This document shows positions 55,985 to 64,000 of a stretch of 64,000 bases of DNA, in pieces (positions within the stretch are counted from its first letter, which is position 1; every line of letters begins with the position of its first letter). Below the pieces are notes generated by a model. That model was not told the DNA's origin. It saw nothing but the letters and a program-made list of their open reading frames with translations, and ran no database searches. This stretch comes from an uncultured Atopobium sp. Its GTDB lineage: Bacteria > Actinomycetota > Coriobacteriia > Coriobacteriales > Atopobiaceae. The DNA is taken from assembly GCA_938041635.1 (NCBI GenBank), contig CALIAD010000047.1, forward strand, positions 2,663 through 66,662, written 5' to 3'. Both the position numbers and the translations under genes were made by a program.

Positions 55985-56953
55985 CTAGTCTTCAAACATA
56001 TTGTGGTCTGCAAACTCTGCTTGCACGGTACGAATCATAAGGTCTACGTCTTCAAGTCCCAGGTGGCGTTCCTTCTCGTCCGCCGCAAGCGTATGCCTAC
56101 GACGTGCCCAGTTCTCAAGTGCGGCAGGAGAAGACTCACGGGGAAGAGACCTAATTTCTGGATTCAAACGACGGCAGATGTCGCGGGAGTCAATGACAAT
56201 AATCTTGCCCGCTTTTCTAGCTTCTGCGTAGCCATCAATGTTGAACATGAACCAAGAATCCTCAAAGGCAGCGTTATGAGCCATAAAAGGAATCTTCTTC
56301 ATAGTTGCTAGCAGCGCCTCTTGGGCTTTTTTATCGTCTCTAAATGATTTCTTGCCCTCAACATCTTTCCAGGTAATTTGGTGAATATCGGAAAGAGGAA
56401 CACCTTTTTCTTTGTACATTTCGGGAATGCCAAAGTAAGCGGTGTGGGGCTCTACCGGAACGGTGTTACGACCAAGATTCCAAAACTCAAAGCCCACGTT
56501 AACAATGTAGCCCAGCTCAGGGAAGCGTGACGTAGTCTCAATATCAATGCCTAGCACCGTGCCAGAAACGCTCTTCTCGACATAGGCAATTTGCAAGTCG
56601 TTAAGAAGCGGACCTGCGGTTTTATAGACAGCCTTAGGGCGACGACGCTGCATCTTTGCAACGGCTGCCGCAAGATCGTCGTTGGAAAGACCGCGAGAAA
56701 GGCCAACGCCTCGATGGTTTCTGAGCCTCTCCACGCCGTAGGTGTCGCAGAGCGAGCGCGTTCTATCAGCAAGTTGCTGAATGACAGAAAACTCTACAGG
56801 CTCTTGGCCAAGCGGTGCTTCCTTCCAGGCATCAAGCAGCGTTTTAATAGCGTCACAGTTTTTGTTAACCTCGCCGATGATGGACTGATCATCAACAAGA
56901 AGTCCAGGTATAACAAACGCATTTGCGTGCTCAATAGCTTGATTGATATCCAT
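55985..56953 (-). CDS. DEDDh 3'-5' exonuclease domain protein with uncharacterised N-terminal domain
   Basis: ExoI is GIDIETT, ExoII is AHNAAFEDSW and ExoIII is HLGLEDVD, all in the C-terminal 180 aa or so. The first 140 aa or so carry no motif I recognise. Confidence 0.7.
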   Translation of the reverse strand: MDINQAIEHANAFVIPGLLVDDQSIIGEVNKNCDAIKTLLDAWKEAPLGQEPVEFSVIQQLADRTRSLCDTYGVERLRNHRGVGLSRGLSNDDLAAAVAKMQRRRPKAVYKTAGPLLNDLQIAYVEKSVSGTVLGIDIETTSRFPELGYIVNVGFEFWNLGRNTVPVEPHTAYFGIPEMYKEKGVPLSDIHQITWKDVEGKKSFRDDKKAQEALLATMKKIPFMAHNAAFEDSWFMFNIDGYAEARKAGKIIVIDSRDICRRLNPEIRSLPRESSPAALENWARRRHTLAADEKERHLGLEDVDLMIRTVQAEFADHNMFED

Positions 56954-57106
56954 ACACTCTCGCTTTGGTGGGTGAGAATTAGTTCGACATATAAGTATCT
57001 ACCCTGAAGCGCGTATTCTTTGCGTCATTTTCTAGAAAGTGGACGCCTCACCAAAAATGCGTGCTAGGCTGTTGGGTGCAACACAGTTCTATGAAAGGTT
57101 TTACGC

Positions 57107-58465
57107 ATGTCTGATTTGAATGAGTCACTTGCTCTTTCTGAGGAGCTTCTTGCTTTTATTAAGCAGAGTCCTTCCATGTTTCATACCACGCAAACTATCA
57201 AAGAGTACCTGTTAGAGAATGGTTTTACGTACCTCTCCGAGGGATCTTCTTGGGACATTCAGCCAGGCGGCTCTTACTTTACCACTCGCAATAATTCTTC
57301 AATTGTTGCCTGGAAAGTTGGCGAGAAGTACCGCGAGGCCCAAACCTCAAACGCTGATGCTCCTTATCATTTCCAGCTTGCCGTTGCCCACGGCGATTCT
57401 CCAACCTACAAGGTAAAAGCTCAGCCAGAGCTTACTGGTGAGGGTAGCTCTCTTCGTCTTAACACCGAGGCATACGGCGGCATGCTTGATCACACCTGGT
57501 TTGATCGTCCTTTGGGCATTGCTGGTCGTGTGCTGGTCAAGGTAGGAAACAAGGTAGAATCCAGGCTGGTCAACATCGAAGACGATGTTGTTATGATTCC
57601 AAGCTTGGCTATTCATCTTGAGCACAAAAATGGTCTCTCGCCAGAGTTCAACCGTGCTAAAGACCTGATGCCACTCTTCAGCGCTGGAGAGCTTAATCCT
57701 GGCGCCTTTAACGCCCTGGTAGCAGACGCAGCAGGCGTGTCTCAAGAGGACATTCTTTCTCGCGATTTGTTCTTAGTTGATCACACGGGCGGCCGCATTT
57801 GGGGTGCTAAGAAGGAGTTTGTTTCCGCTGGTCACCTGGATGACCTTCAGTGCGCCTTTGTAGCGCTTAAGGCCTTCCTTGCTTCCTCAAATGAGCAGGA
57901 CATCTCTGTGTATACCTGCTTTGATAACGAAGAAGTTGGTTCAAATACCAAGCAGGGCGCTCAGTCCACATTTCTTAAAGACACGCTGCAGCGCATTAAC
58001 GCCACGCTTGGCTTTACACAGGAAGATTACTACCGAGCGCTCTCGGCATCTTTGCTGGTAAGCTGCGACAATGCGCATGCGGTACACCCCAATTATCCCG
58101 AGAAGCACGATGCGGTCAACAAGCCTTATCTCAATGGCGGCATGGTTATCAAGGAAGCAGCACGTCAGTCGTACTGCACCGATGCGTTTAGCCGCGCCAT
58201 TGTCGAGGCTATTTGGAAGCAGCAAAACATTCCTTACCAGGTTTTTGCCAATAGAAGCGATATGCCAGGCGGATCAACGCTGGGCAACCTCTCCAACATT
58301 CAGGCCAGCATGCATGCCGTTGACGTGGGCCTGCCACAGCTTGCTATGCACTCCGTGTACGAGACCGCGGGCACCAAAGACACGCTTTTAGGGTACCAGG
58401 CTCTCAAGGCGTTCTATGACACCTGCGTTTGCATCACCGATGCCGATTCGTTTGAGTTGAGGTAG
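57107..58465 (+). CDS. M18-family aminopeptidase
   Basis: 452 aa with metal-ligand contexts HLDDLQC and FDNEEVGS, plus a C-terminal MHS motif. It is collinear with aspartyl aminopeptidases. Confidence 0.85.
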   Translation: MSDLNESLALSEELLAFIKQSPSMFHTTQTIKEYLLENGFTYLSEGSSWDIQPGGSYFTTRNNSSIVAWKVGEKYREAQTSNADAPYHFQLAVAHGDSPTYKVKAQPELTGEGSSLRLNTEAYGGMLDHTWFDRPLGIAGRVLVKVGNKVESRLVNIEDDVVMIPSLAIHLEHKNGLSPEFNRAKDLMPLFSAGELNPGAFNALVADAAGVSQEDILSRDLFLVDHTGGRIWGAKKEFVSAGHLDDLQCAFVALKAFLASSNEQDISVYTCFDNEEVGSNTKQGAQSTFLKDTLQRINATLGFTQEDYYRALSASLLVSCDNAHAVHPNYPEKHDAVNKPYLNGGMVIKEAARQSYCTDAFSRAIVEAIWKQQNIPYQVFANRSDMPGGSTLGNLSNIQASMHAVDVGLPQLAMHSVYETAGTKDTLLGYQALKAFYDTCVCITDADSFELR

Positions 58466-58538
58466 TACCTGGCGAGAAATCCCGTGTACTAGCTATACTT
58501 ACGTACATCGCATACAACACATCACTTGAAGGAGTTCC

Positions 58539-59294
58539 ATGTCAGAAAAACAGCTTACTGCTCATGATATGGAGCTCCTAACTTGTGCAGGTATTTACGT
58601 TGAACCTCAGGCACTGAATGGTCCCGCGTTGGTATTTCCTATTTCAGATGGTGAAGGTGGAGACATACGTGTGTTGTGGCAGGGTGGCGCCTATGAAAGT
58701 GCAACGTACACAGATTCAAGAAAGAACCAGCTGGTATTTCCTTATCTTGAGTTGTATGACTTGTTGTTTAAAGCTGCTTGTTCCGTACACTCAGTCTTAA
58801 TGTTGGGTGCTGGTGGTTGCTCGTATCCTCGATATTTAGTGGCTCATTATCCAGAGGTTTCTTGTGACGTACTGGAGCTTGATCCTAAAATTGCAGACCT
58901 TGCTCGTAGCTATTTCTTTGTGGATGAGGCTATCAGAGAGAGCAATGGCAGGCTTCGGGTACAAGTAGCTGATGGCGTTGAGTATATAAAGAGCCTATCT
59001 ACCTCTGATAATAAGCGCTATGACGCTATCTTAAATGATTGCTTTAGCGGAGAAGTTCCACCTGCAGCTATGATGACTGTTGAGTGGATGAGTCAAGTAG
59101 CACACTGTCTTACTCCTGGTGGAAGATATCTCACAAATGTAGTTTCTGCACAGTCAGGAGAGGGAGCGCATCAGCTTGAAGTGCTCCTAGATGCTGCTCG
59201 CACAGTGTTTGAACAGGTAGAGGTTGTACCTTTGGATCCAGAAGCAGACCCAAGAGAGCCAGATAACCTTATGCTCGTTTGTCAGCGCGCTTAA
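58539..59294 (+). CDS. Spermidine-synthase-like class I SAM-fold protein
   Basis: VLMLGAGGCSYPRYLV...VLELDPKIADLARSYF...YDAILNDCF is collinear with the SpeE core. It reads GAGGCS where canonical SpeE has GGGDGG. Confidence 0.55.
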   Translation: MSEKQLTAHDMELLTCAGIYVEPQALNGPALVFPISDGEGGDIRVLWQGGAYESATYTDSRKNQLVFPYLELYDLLFKAACSVHSVLMLGAGGCSYPRYLVAHYPEVSCDVLELDPKIADLARSYFFVDEAIRESNGRLRVQVADGVEYIKSLSTSDNKRYDAILNDCFSGEVPPAAMMTVEWMSQVAHCLTPGGRYLTNVVSAQSGEGAHQLEVLLDAARTVFEQVEVVPLDPEADPREPDNLMLVCQRA

Positions 59295-60609
59295 GTGCAG
59301 CGAGCGCGAGGGCAAGACAGCTGCTCATCAGTACAATGCCAATGCCAAAGAGTACTAAGAAACCGTGGGCTGAGCCGTCTACAATTAGGCTCCAAATAAT
59401 GAGCGCACAGGCAGAGACAAAGCTGCTGACACCTGCAATTCTTGAGTAAATAAGAGTGGAATCTTTTTTACCAAAGACCGCACGTACCAAAAGTGGCGAG
59501 CCGACCGTTGTAAGGGCATAGGCAATTCCAAAAAGGAAGGTTCCCGCAAGTAAAAGCGGTAATACTGGAAGCTTAACCCCCAACATAAGTAAGCCAACAA
59601 TACCCGAGAAAATTCCTACAAAGCAAGCAAGCTTCACGGAGATATCGCTTAAAGCACCTAGAAGCACTTTTCCAATTGCTTGACCCAGCATAGTTGTTCC
59701 AGCAAGAAGGCCTGTGGCAGCGGCAATGGCAGGAGCAGTTTCTGCAAAGGTTGCTGCATAGCTTGGGAAGTACTGAGAGATTTGCTGGTTAAAGGTAATG
59801 AGCGCGTAAAACGCAGCAACCATATAAAACTCTGGATATTTCATTGCGTCATTGGCAGAGATATTGGCAGAAGAAGTCTCTGCTACTTCAACGTTTTTCT
59901 CGTCAGTAGAGGAGAAGGTAAGAGGGGTAAGGCCAAGGTCTTGGGGTTTCTCGCGCACCACAAAAAGGGTGAAGGGGAGTGTTCCTACAAGCATAACCAG
60001 GGCAAAAATCAGATAGCAAGCGCGCCAACCTTCAGGGCCAGAGGAGATAATGGCAGATCCAATGGGGTTAAAGACAGTGCCACCAATGCCGGTAAATGCA
60101 AAGCAGAGGCCCATAAAAGTACCAACGCGCTGGTCAAACCAATCGTTAATGAGGGCGGGGACGCACAAGAACATGAGTGCAGGTACGCCAATGCCCAGTC
60201 CTACCGCGCAGAGATAAAAATGCCACATTTCTTGAGCTGCTGACATAGCTCCATATGAGATTGCGCAGATGATAACGCTTGCAGAAAGCACAAGGCGCGT
60301 GTCGTGCGTTTTATAGAGCTTGCCTATGAATGGCAGAACTACCGTCATGGCAATACAGAGTACCGAGAAGACCGCAGAGAAGGTAACGCGGGGAACGCCA
60401 AAATATTGTGAAACTGGTGTGATAAAGATGCCAAAGCACGTAAGGATAATGGCGCACGGCAAAAACATGATGACAATACAAGTTGCAACGATGGCGTATG
60501 CATATTTAGTGCCGAGTAAACGATGTAGCACTGAGGCTCCTCTCTTTTGGCCAGAAATAGTGTAGGCGATGTGCCTTAAAAAGGACACATCGCCTACCAA
60601 GTCGTACAA
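59269..60609 (-). CDS. MFS transporter
   Basis: It has about 12 hydrophobic segments with a central loop. The start could be GTG 60531, which lies 5 nt after GGAG, rather than 60609. The 3' end overlaps the convergent SpeE-like gene by 26 nt. Confidence 0.8.
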   Translation of the reverse strand: MYDLVGDVSFLRHIAYTISGQKRGASVLHRLLGTKYAYAIVATCIVIMFLPCAIILTCFGIFITPVSQYFGVPRVTFSAVFSVLCIAMTVVLPFIGKLYKTHDTRLVLSASVIICAISYGAMSAAQEMWHFYLCAVGLGIGVPALMFLCVPALINDWFDQRVGTFMGLCFAFTGIGGTVFNPIGSAIISSGPEGWRACYLIFALVMLVGTLPFTLFVVREKPQDLGLTPLTFSSTDEKNVEVAETSSANISANDAMKYPEFYMVAAFYALITFNQQISQYFPSYAATFAETAPAIAAATGLLAGTTMLGQAIGKVLLGALSDISVKLACFVGIFSGIVGLLMLGVKLPVLPLLLAGTFLFGIAYALTTVGSPLLVRAVFGKKDSTLIYSRIAGVSSFVSACALIIWSLIVDGSAHGFLVLFGIGIVLMSSCLALALAALKRADKRA

Positions 60610-60650
60610 AATTTTTAAGAGGCAACTCAGGGTTTTACGCGCGCAAGATC

Positions 60651-62243
60651 TTAGCTGTCAGAACCTCTGCGGTTCTCGCCCTCAAGAGCACGGATTGGTC
60701 CGATGTCCTGAGTGGTCTCAAGAGCGCCCAGGTAGTTACCCTCTTCATCGCGAACGGCAAAGTAACGGACGTAGAGGAACTTATCTCTGACCTCAAACCA
60801 GAACTCGGAGGAGTCGCTACGACCGCTCCTGAATTCGGTGAGGATGCGACGAACAGCTTCCTGGCTCTTTGGTGGATGGCAGTCATATACGTCACGGCCA
60901 AGGCAGCTCTTAGGACGAGGGAAAGCTCGGGTGTCGCCGTGGCTGAAGTAACGTGTCTTGTCATCAGCGTCAACAAAGGTAATGTCGAGCGGAATAGTTG
61001 CAAAGACAGCCTCAAGCTGCGGAATGGTGAACTCACCGGTAGAGAGCTTAACCTTACCGTTAGCAGAAATTGCTTCCTCTTCTGCTTCAGCGTTATTCTC
61101 GTCCATAGCGGCTGCGGCTTCCATCTCTTTAAGTTTGTCGTTTGCAAGCTCAAGAGGATCTGCGTGCCATGAAGGAGGGTTGACGCCAAATGCGTGACCA
61201 AATTCGTTCTCCTCAGCGGCAATCTGGGTCCACTGAGTAGCAGTTAGGTGCTCAAGGGAAAGTGGAATGAGGACGTTTTCTTCCTTGGATGCCATGGACT
61301 CAGCACCCTCAATAGCCTCATCCAGGTAGTCAGCAACGGCTGCCATAAGGCCTGCATCATACTGGCCGTATGCAGTCTCGAGCAGAGCCTCTGCACCGTT
61401 AACAGCGTTTCTTACCTCATCGTCCTTACCCCACATAACCTTTGAAGGACCAGTGATATCGTGGCGCTCAAGATGAGGGAAGAGCAGCTCTTCCTTGCGC
61501 TTGTAGTGAACAAAGACCTCATCAAAGGCATCCATATCAGCCTTTAGAATTGCTGCAACACCAGCGCACTCTTCGTTGCTGGAAGACTCGGTAAGCGTAC
61601 GAGCACGCTTCACATCTGGAGCAACGCGGTCATGGATAAAGGCAAGAATTCGGTCGTTCTCTTGGCGCATGGTCCAAACAGGATGGCCAGGGGTCTCTTC
61701 AACAGCACCTGTTGGTGCGCAAGAAACCTTGCCTTCAAAGAGAGCAGCATGAACGTCACAGAGCTTCAGGACCTTCTCCATAGGAACACCGCCAGCAATG
61801 AGCTCCTGTTCAGCACTAGAGATCTCTGAGCCAGAAACGTCCTTGAAGTTACGAGCAAAGTCCTCGCGAACAGCCTCGATGTCCTCACCGTCGTTGAGGC
61901 GCTCAAGATATTGGGCGATAAGAGCTTTGCGCTCCTCAGGAGTCTGCGCGATAGGTGCGTTCTCTGCCTCTGCGGGTTTCTCGTCAGCTGGGGTTTCTGC
62001 TGCTGCAGGCTCCTCATCACCAAGAATGGTAAAGCCGTGAGAGCGGAAGATTGCTTTGAGCTCTTCAAGGTCTACGCCTTTGTGGTCGCAACCTTTTGGA
62101 ATGGTCATAAAGCGTCCCATGGTCTGAAGACGGCCTGGCTCGGTAATCTCGGCAAAGCCATTTTCTGCCATGAGGCCTTTAATAACGGGATACTTAGTGC
62201 AAATCTCATAAACGGATTTGCTTAAATCAAGAACCTGTGCCAT
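60651..62243 (-). CDS. DUF1858-DUF438-hemerythrin-PAS multidomain protein
   Basis: The N-terminal DUF1858-like domain covers about 70 aa. The central region has His/Glu-rich helices (HYKRKEELLFPHLERHDI). The C-terminal segment reads ITFVDADDKTRYFSHG...GRDVYDCHPPKS, as seen in DUF438/PAS_10 proteins. Confidence 0.7.
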   Translation of the reverse strand: MAQVLDLSKSVYEICTKYPVIKGLMAENGFAEITEPGRLQTMGRFMTIPKGCDHKGVDLEELKAIFRSHGFTILGDEEPAAAETPADEKPAEAENAPIAQTPEERKALIAQYLERLNDGEDIEAVREDFARNFKDVSGSEISSAEQELIAGGVPMEKVLKLCDVHAALFEGKVSCAPTGAVEETPGHPVWTMRQENDRILAFIHDRVAPDVKRARTLTESSSNEECAGVAAILKADMDAFDEVFVHYKRKEELLFPHLERHDITGPSKVMWGKDDEVRNAVNGAEALLETAYGQYDAGLMAAVADYLDEAIEGAESMASKEENVLIPLSLEHLTATQWTQIAAEENEFGHAFGVNPPSWHADPLELANDKLKEMEAAAAMDENNAEAEEEAISANGKVKLSTGEFTIPQLEAVFATIPLDITFVDADDKTRYFSHGDTRAFPRPKSCLGRDVYDCHPPKSQEAVRRILTEFRSGRSDSSEFWFEVRDKFLYVRYFAVRDEEGNYLGALETTQDIGPIRALEGENRRGSDS

Positions 62244-62401
62244 ACGGGCTCCTCTCGGATAGGTTTAGAAAGTCTACTATGGCTTACTTTATACCCAAAG
62301 TGTGACAGGAGTTCCATATGGCTTTTGTTGTGGTTACAACAAAACAGAAATTATTCTTTAGTTCTAAAAGAGATCAGAATGAGAACCGGTCCTAAAAGAT
62401 T

Positions 62402-62680
62402 TTAAGCATCTAGGACCTCCGACATTGCGTCGGAGAATGAGACATAGTGCTTGTAATTTTCTGGATGCTCTTTCATGTTGGTGTATTCATTAAGAGCCTC
62501 TATAGTTTGAGCATTAGGAATTTCTCGCTTGATTTCAAAAGGGATTCCCTGCTCACGAACAGTCTGACGAAGAAAAATGGTAATAGCAGTAGTAAGATCC
62601 ATGCCTAAATCTCTGAGAAGCTCTTGAGCATTCTTTTTAAGGGTTGGATCCAAATTTATATTTGTGCTTACTTTTGCCAT
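62402..62680 (-). CDS. RelB/DinJ-family type II antitoxin (no cognate toxin gene seen)
   Basis: 92 aa. The ribbon-helix-helix N-terminus reads KVSTNINLDPTLKKNAQELLRDLGMDLTTAITIFLRQ. I chose ATG 62680; the ORF-track start is 62734. Confidence 0.8.
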   Translation of the reverse strand: MAKVSTNINLDPTLKKNAQELLRDLGMDLTTAITIFLRQTVREQGIPFEIKREIPNAQTIEALNEYTNMKEHPENYKHYVSFSDAMSEVLDA

Positions 62681-62798
62681 GATTACCCGCCTTTCTTGTA
62701 GTTTTGTTATACAAGATAAAGACTGTGGAGTCAATAATTATGTGCGTATTATAGGTACAACACGCACATAATATGAATATATCGAAGGGAAGATAACC

Positions 62799-63974
62799 CT
62801 ATTCTGCGCTCTTTAGGGTAAATGACAGAAGAACCGGGTTGTGATCAGAATAGGCAAATTGCGTGTCAATGTTTCTGGCGGTTGCAACAACGTTATCCGA
62901 GACAATCCAGCCATCAACTGTGGTGGTGTATGTCTTGTCCTTCTCGTATGGGATGTCATCTCCGCGGCAGGTAGGAACGTTGGTAAGGTTGTCTGGAGCT
63001 ACAACGCTAAAGCCTTCTGGCAAATCAGAATCTTTGAGTTCTGCTACCCAGTCTGGTACCTGCTGAACAGAAGGATAGAGTGTAAGCGAGCCCAAAATGG
63101 CATGGTTCCAGTCGCCACCCGCAATAACGTAATTACCCTTAGCGCGCTCCTCAGACATTATTTTGGTTAGAAGTGCAAGCTGCTGCGCGCGACTAGTGCC
63201 ACCTTTGTCGTAGGCAGACATGTGGCTGTTAATAAGTACCAGCTCATGACCATCGCTGGTAGGATAGCGTGTAATCATAAAGCAACGGTCTAGGTCAAAG
63301 AATTTTGTTGGGAATGACTCATCAATGGGGTAGGTACGACGAGTTGCGCTAGAAGCAAGTACGTTTGAAAGCGTCAGAATTCCAGAGTTAGAGGTTCCGT
63401 GGAACTCTGTGAGTGGATAGGCGAGAAACGCGGTGTGGAAGTTCTGCGCAAAATATGATGCGTAGGATCCAAAGCGGCTCTCTGCCTCAGAAACTTGATT
63501 GACGTGCCAGCTTCTATCGGATGAGGTATCAATCTCTTGGAAAAGAATAAAGTCAGGGGCTGTACCGCCATTCAGAGAAGAAACGGTGTTCAGGGCACCG
63601 TTTGTGGTGTAAAGAACGGAGTTTCTGCTTACCGCGCGTCCGTGAGTTCCCACGGTGCGTGTGCCATCCTGCATGATGCCTTCATCCATAAAGAAGGTGT
63701 AATCAGGGGTGTAAGCACCAAAGCCAATGTTGTAGGTCGAAGCTGTGTAGGTTTGGCCTACCTGTACAGTTGTAGCCTCAGGAGAAGCACCTTGATTGGA
63801 TACAGGAGTATTGTCAGGAATGCGATAGTAATTAAGCTGCAGGTAGAGGGCATATCCACCAACAACCAGTAAAGCTAGAACAAAAAGCCCGCCTACAAAT
63901 TTGAAAAGTGGTGCAAGAACCCTTTTTAGAAGGCCAATAATAAACTTAAGGCCAAGAGACAAAACTCTTTTCAT
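62799..63974 (-). CDS. Membrane-anchored endonuclease/exonuclease/phosphatase (EEP) family protein
   Basis: It has an N-terminal TM helix and the EEP motifs ILFQEID, GGDWN and SDHNPV. Confidence 0.8.
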   Translation of the reverse strand: MKRVLSLGLKFIIGLLKRVLAPLFKFVGGLFVLALLVVGGYALYLQLNYYRIPDNTPVSNQGASPEATTVQVGQTYTASTYNIGFGAYTPDYTFFMDEGIMQDGTRTVGTHGRAVSRNSVLYTTNGALNTVSSLNGGTAPDFILFQEIDTSSDRSWHVNQVSEAESRFGSYASYFAQNFHTAFLAYPLTEFHGTSNSGILTLSNVLASSATRRTYPIDESFPTKFFDLDRCFMITRYPTSDGHELVLINSHMSAYDKGGTSRAQQLALLTKIMSEERAKGNYVIAGGDWNHAILGSLTLYPSVQQVPDWVAELKDSDLPEGFSVVAPDNLTNVPTCRGDDIPYEKDKTYTTTVDGWIVSDNVVATARNIDTQFAYSDHNPVLLSFTLKSAE

Positions 63975-64000
63975 GCGAACCTCGTATCAATCAAGTGTCG

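Noticed and set aside
62244-62401. A search for a small toxin ORF downstream of the DinJ-like gene.
   Set aside because: No frame stays open for more than about 50 codons, and there is no RBS plus start codon arrangement. I report the antitoxin as an orphan instead.
1-64000. A window-wide look for CRISPR arrays, IS elements or transposases, phage genes, rRNA and long dispersed repeats.
   Set aside because: I found none. The only recombinase is the housekeeping xerD. The only tandem-type repeats are the short phased boxes upstream of mraZ.

Overview
This 64-kb chromosomal window is almost entirely core housekeeping DNA. It holds about 60 protein genes and two tRNAs. I found no rRNA, CRISPR array, transposase, prophage or integrative element.

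Gene order, left to right:
- rarA.
- An operon of a DUF948 protein, a small anti-sigma-like protein, a SigB/F/G-type sigma factor and an AI-2E permease.
- alaS-ruvX-mltG.
- A YqeG-like HAD phosphatase, aroK, a degenerate aroB-like gene and an Xaa-Pro peptidase.
- A mannose-family PTS (EIIAB, IIC, IID, DUF956).
- efp-asp23-nusB-xseB-tlyA-nadK-recN, then pyrG and xerD.
- A complete dcw cluster: mraZ-rsmH-ftsL-PBP-murF-mraY-murD-ftsW-murG-murC-murB-ftsQ-ftsZ-pgeF-yggS-sepF-yggT-divIVA.
- A more mixed right-hand third: a radical-SAM/DUF4130 putative DNA-repair pair, cca, a TetR regulator, metK, a 714-aa polytopic membrane protein, tRNA-Gln and tRNA-Glu, a fused L-serine dehydratase, gltX, a DEDD exonuclease, an M18 aminopeptidase, a SpeE-like protein, an MFS transporter, a DUF1858-DUF438-hemerythrin-PAS protein, an orphan DinJ antitoxin and an EEP-family enzyme.

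The lack of ftsA, the presence of sepF and divIVA, and the moderate GC content suggest an Actinomycetota genome of Coriobacteriia type. This is inference only.

I see no clear-cut new multi-gene system. The items most worth follow-up are:
1. The uncharacterised radical-SAM + DUF4130 pair.
2. A sigma-B-like regulatory circuit: a degenerate RsbW-like protein plus sigma factor, with a perfect GTTTAA-N12-GGGTAT promoter in front of asp23.
3. Two phased direct-repeat arrays upstream of mraZ, which are candidate MraZ operators.
4. An AroB homolog that has lost its catalytic motifs but is translationally coupled to an intact aroK.
5. A strong terminator sitting in the short leader of the serine dehydratase gene.

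All function calls come from motif recognition by eye. No database search was run.
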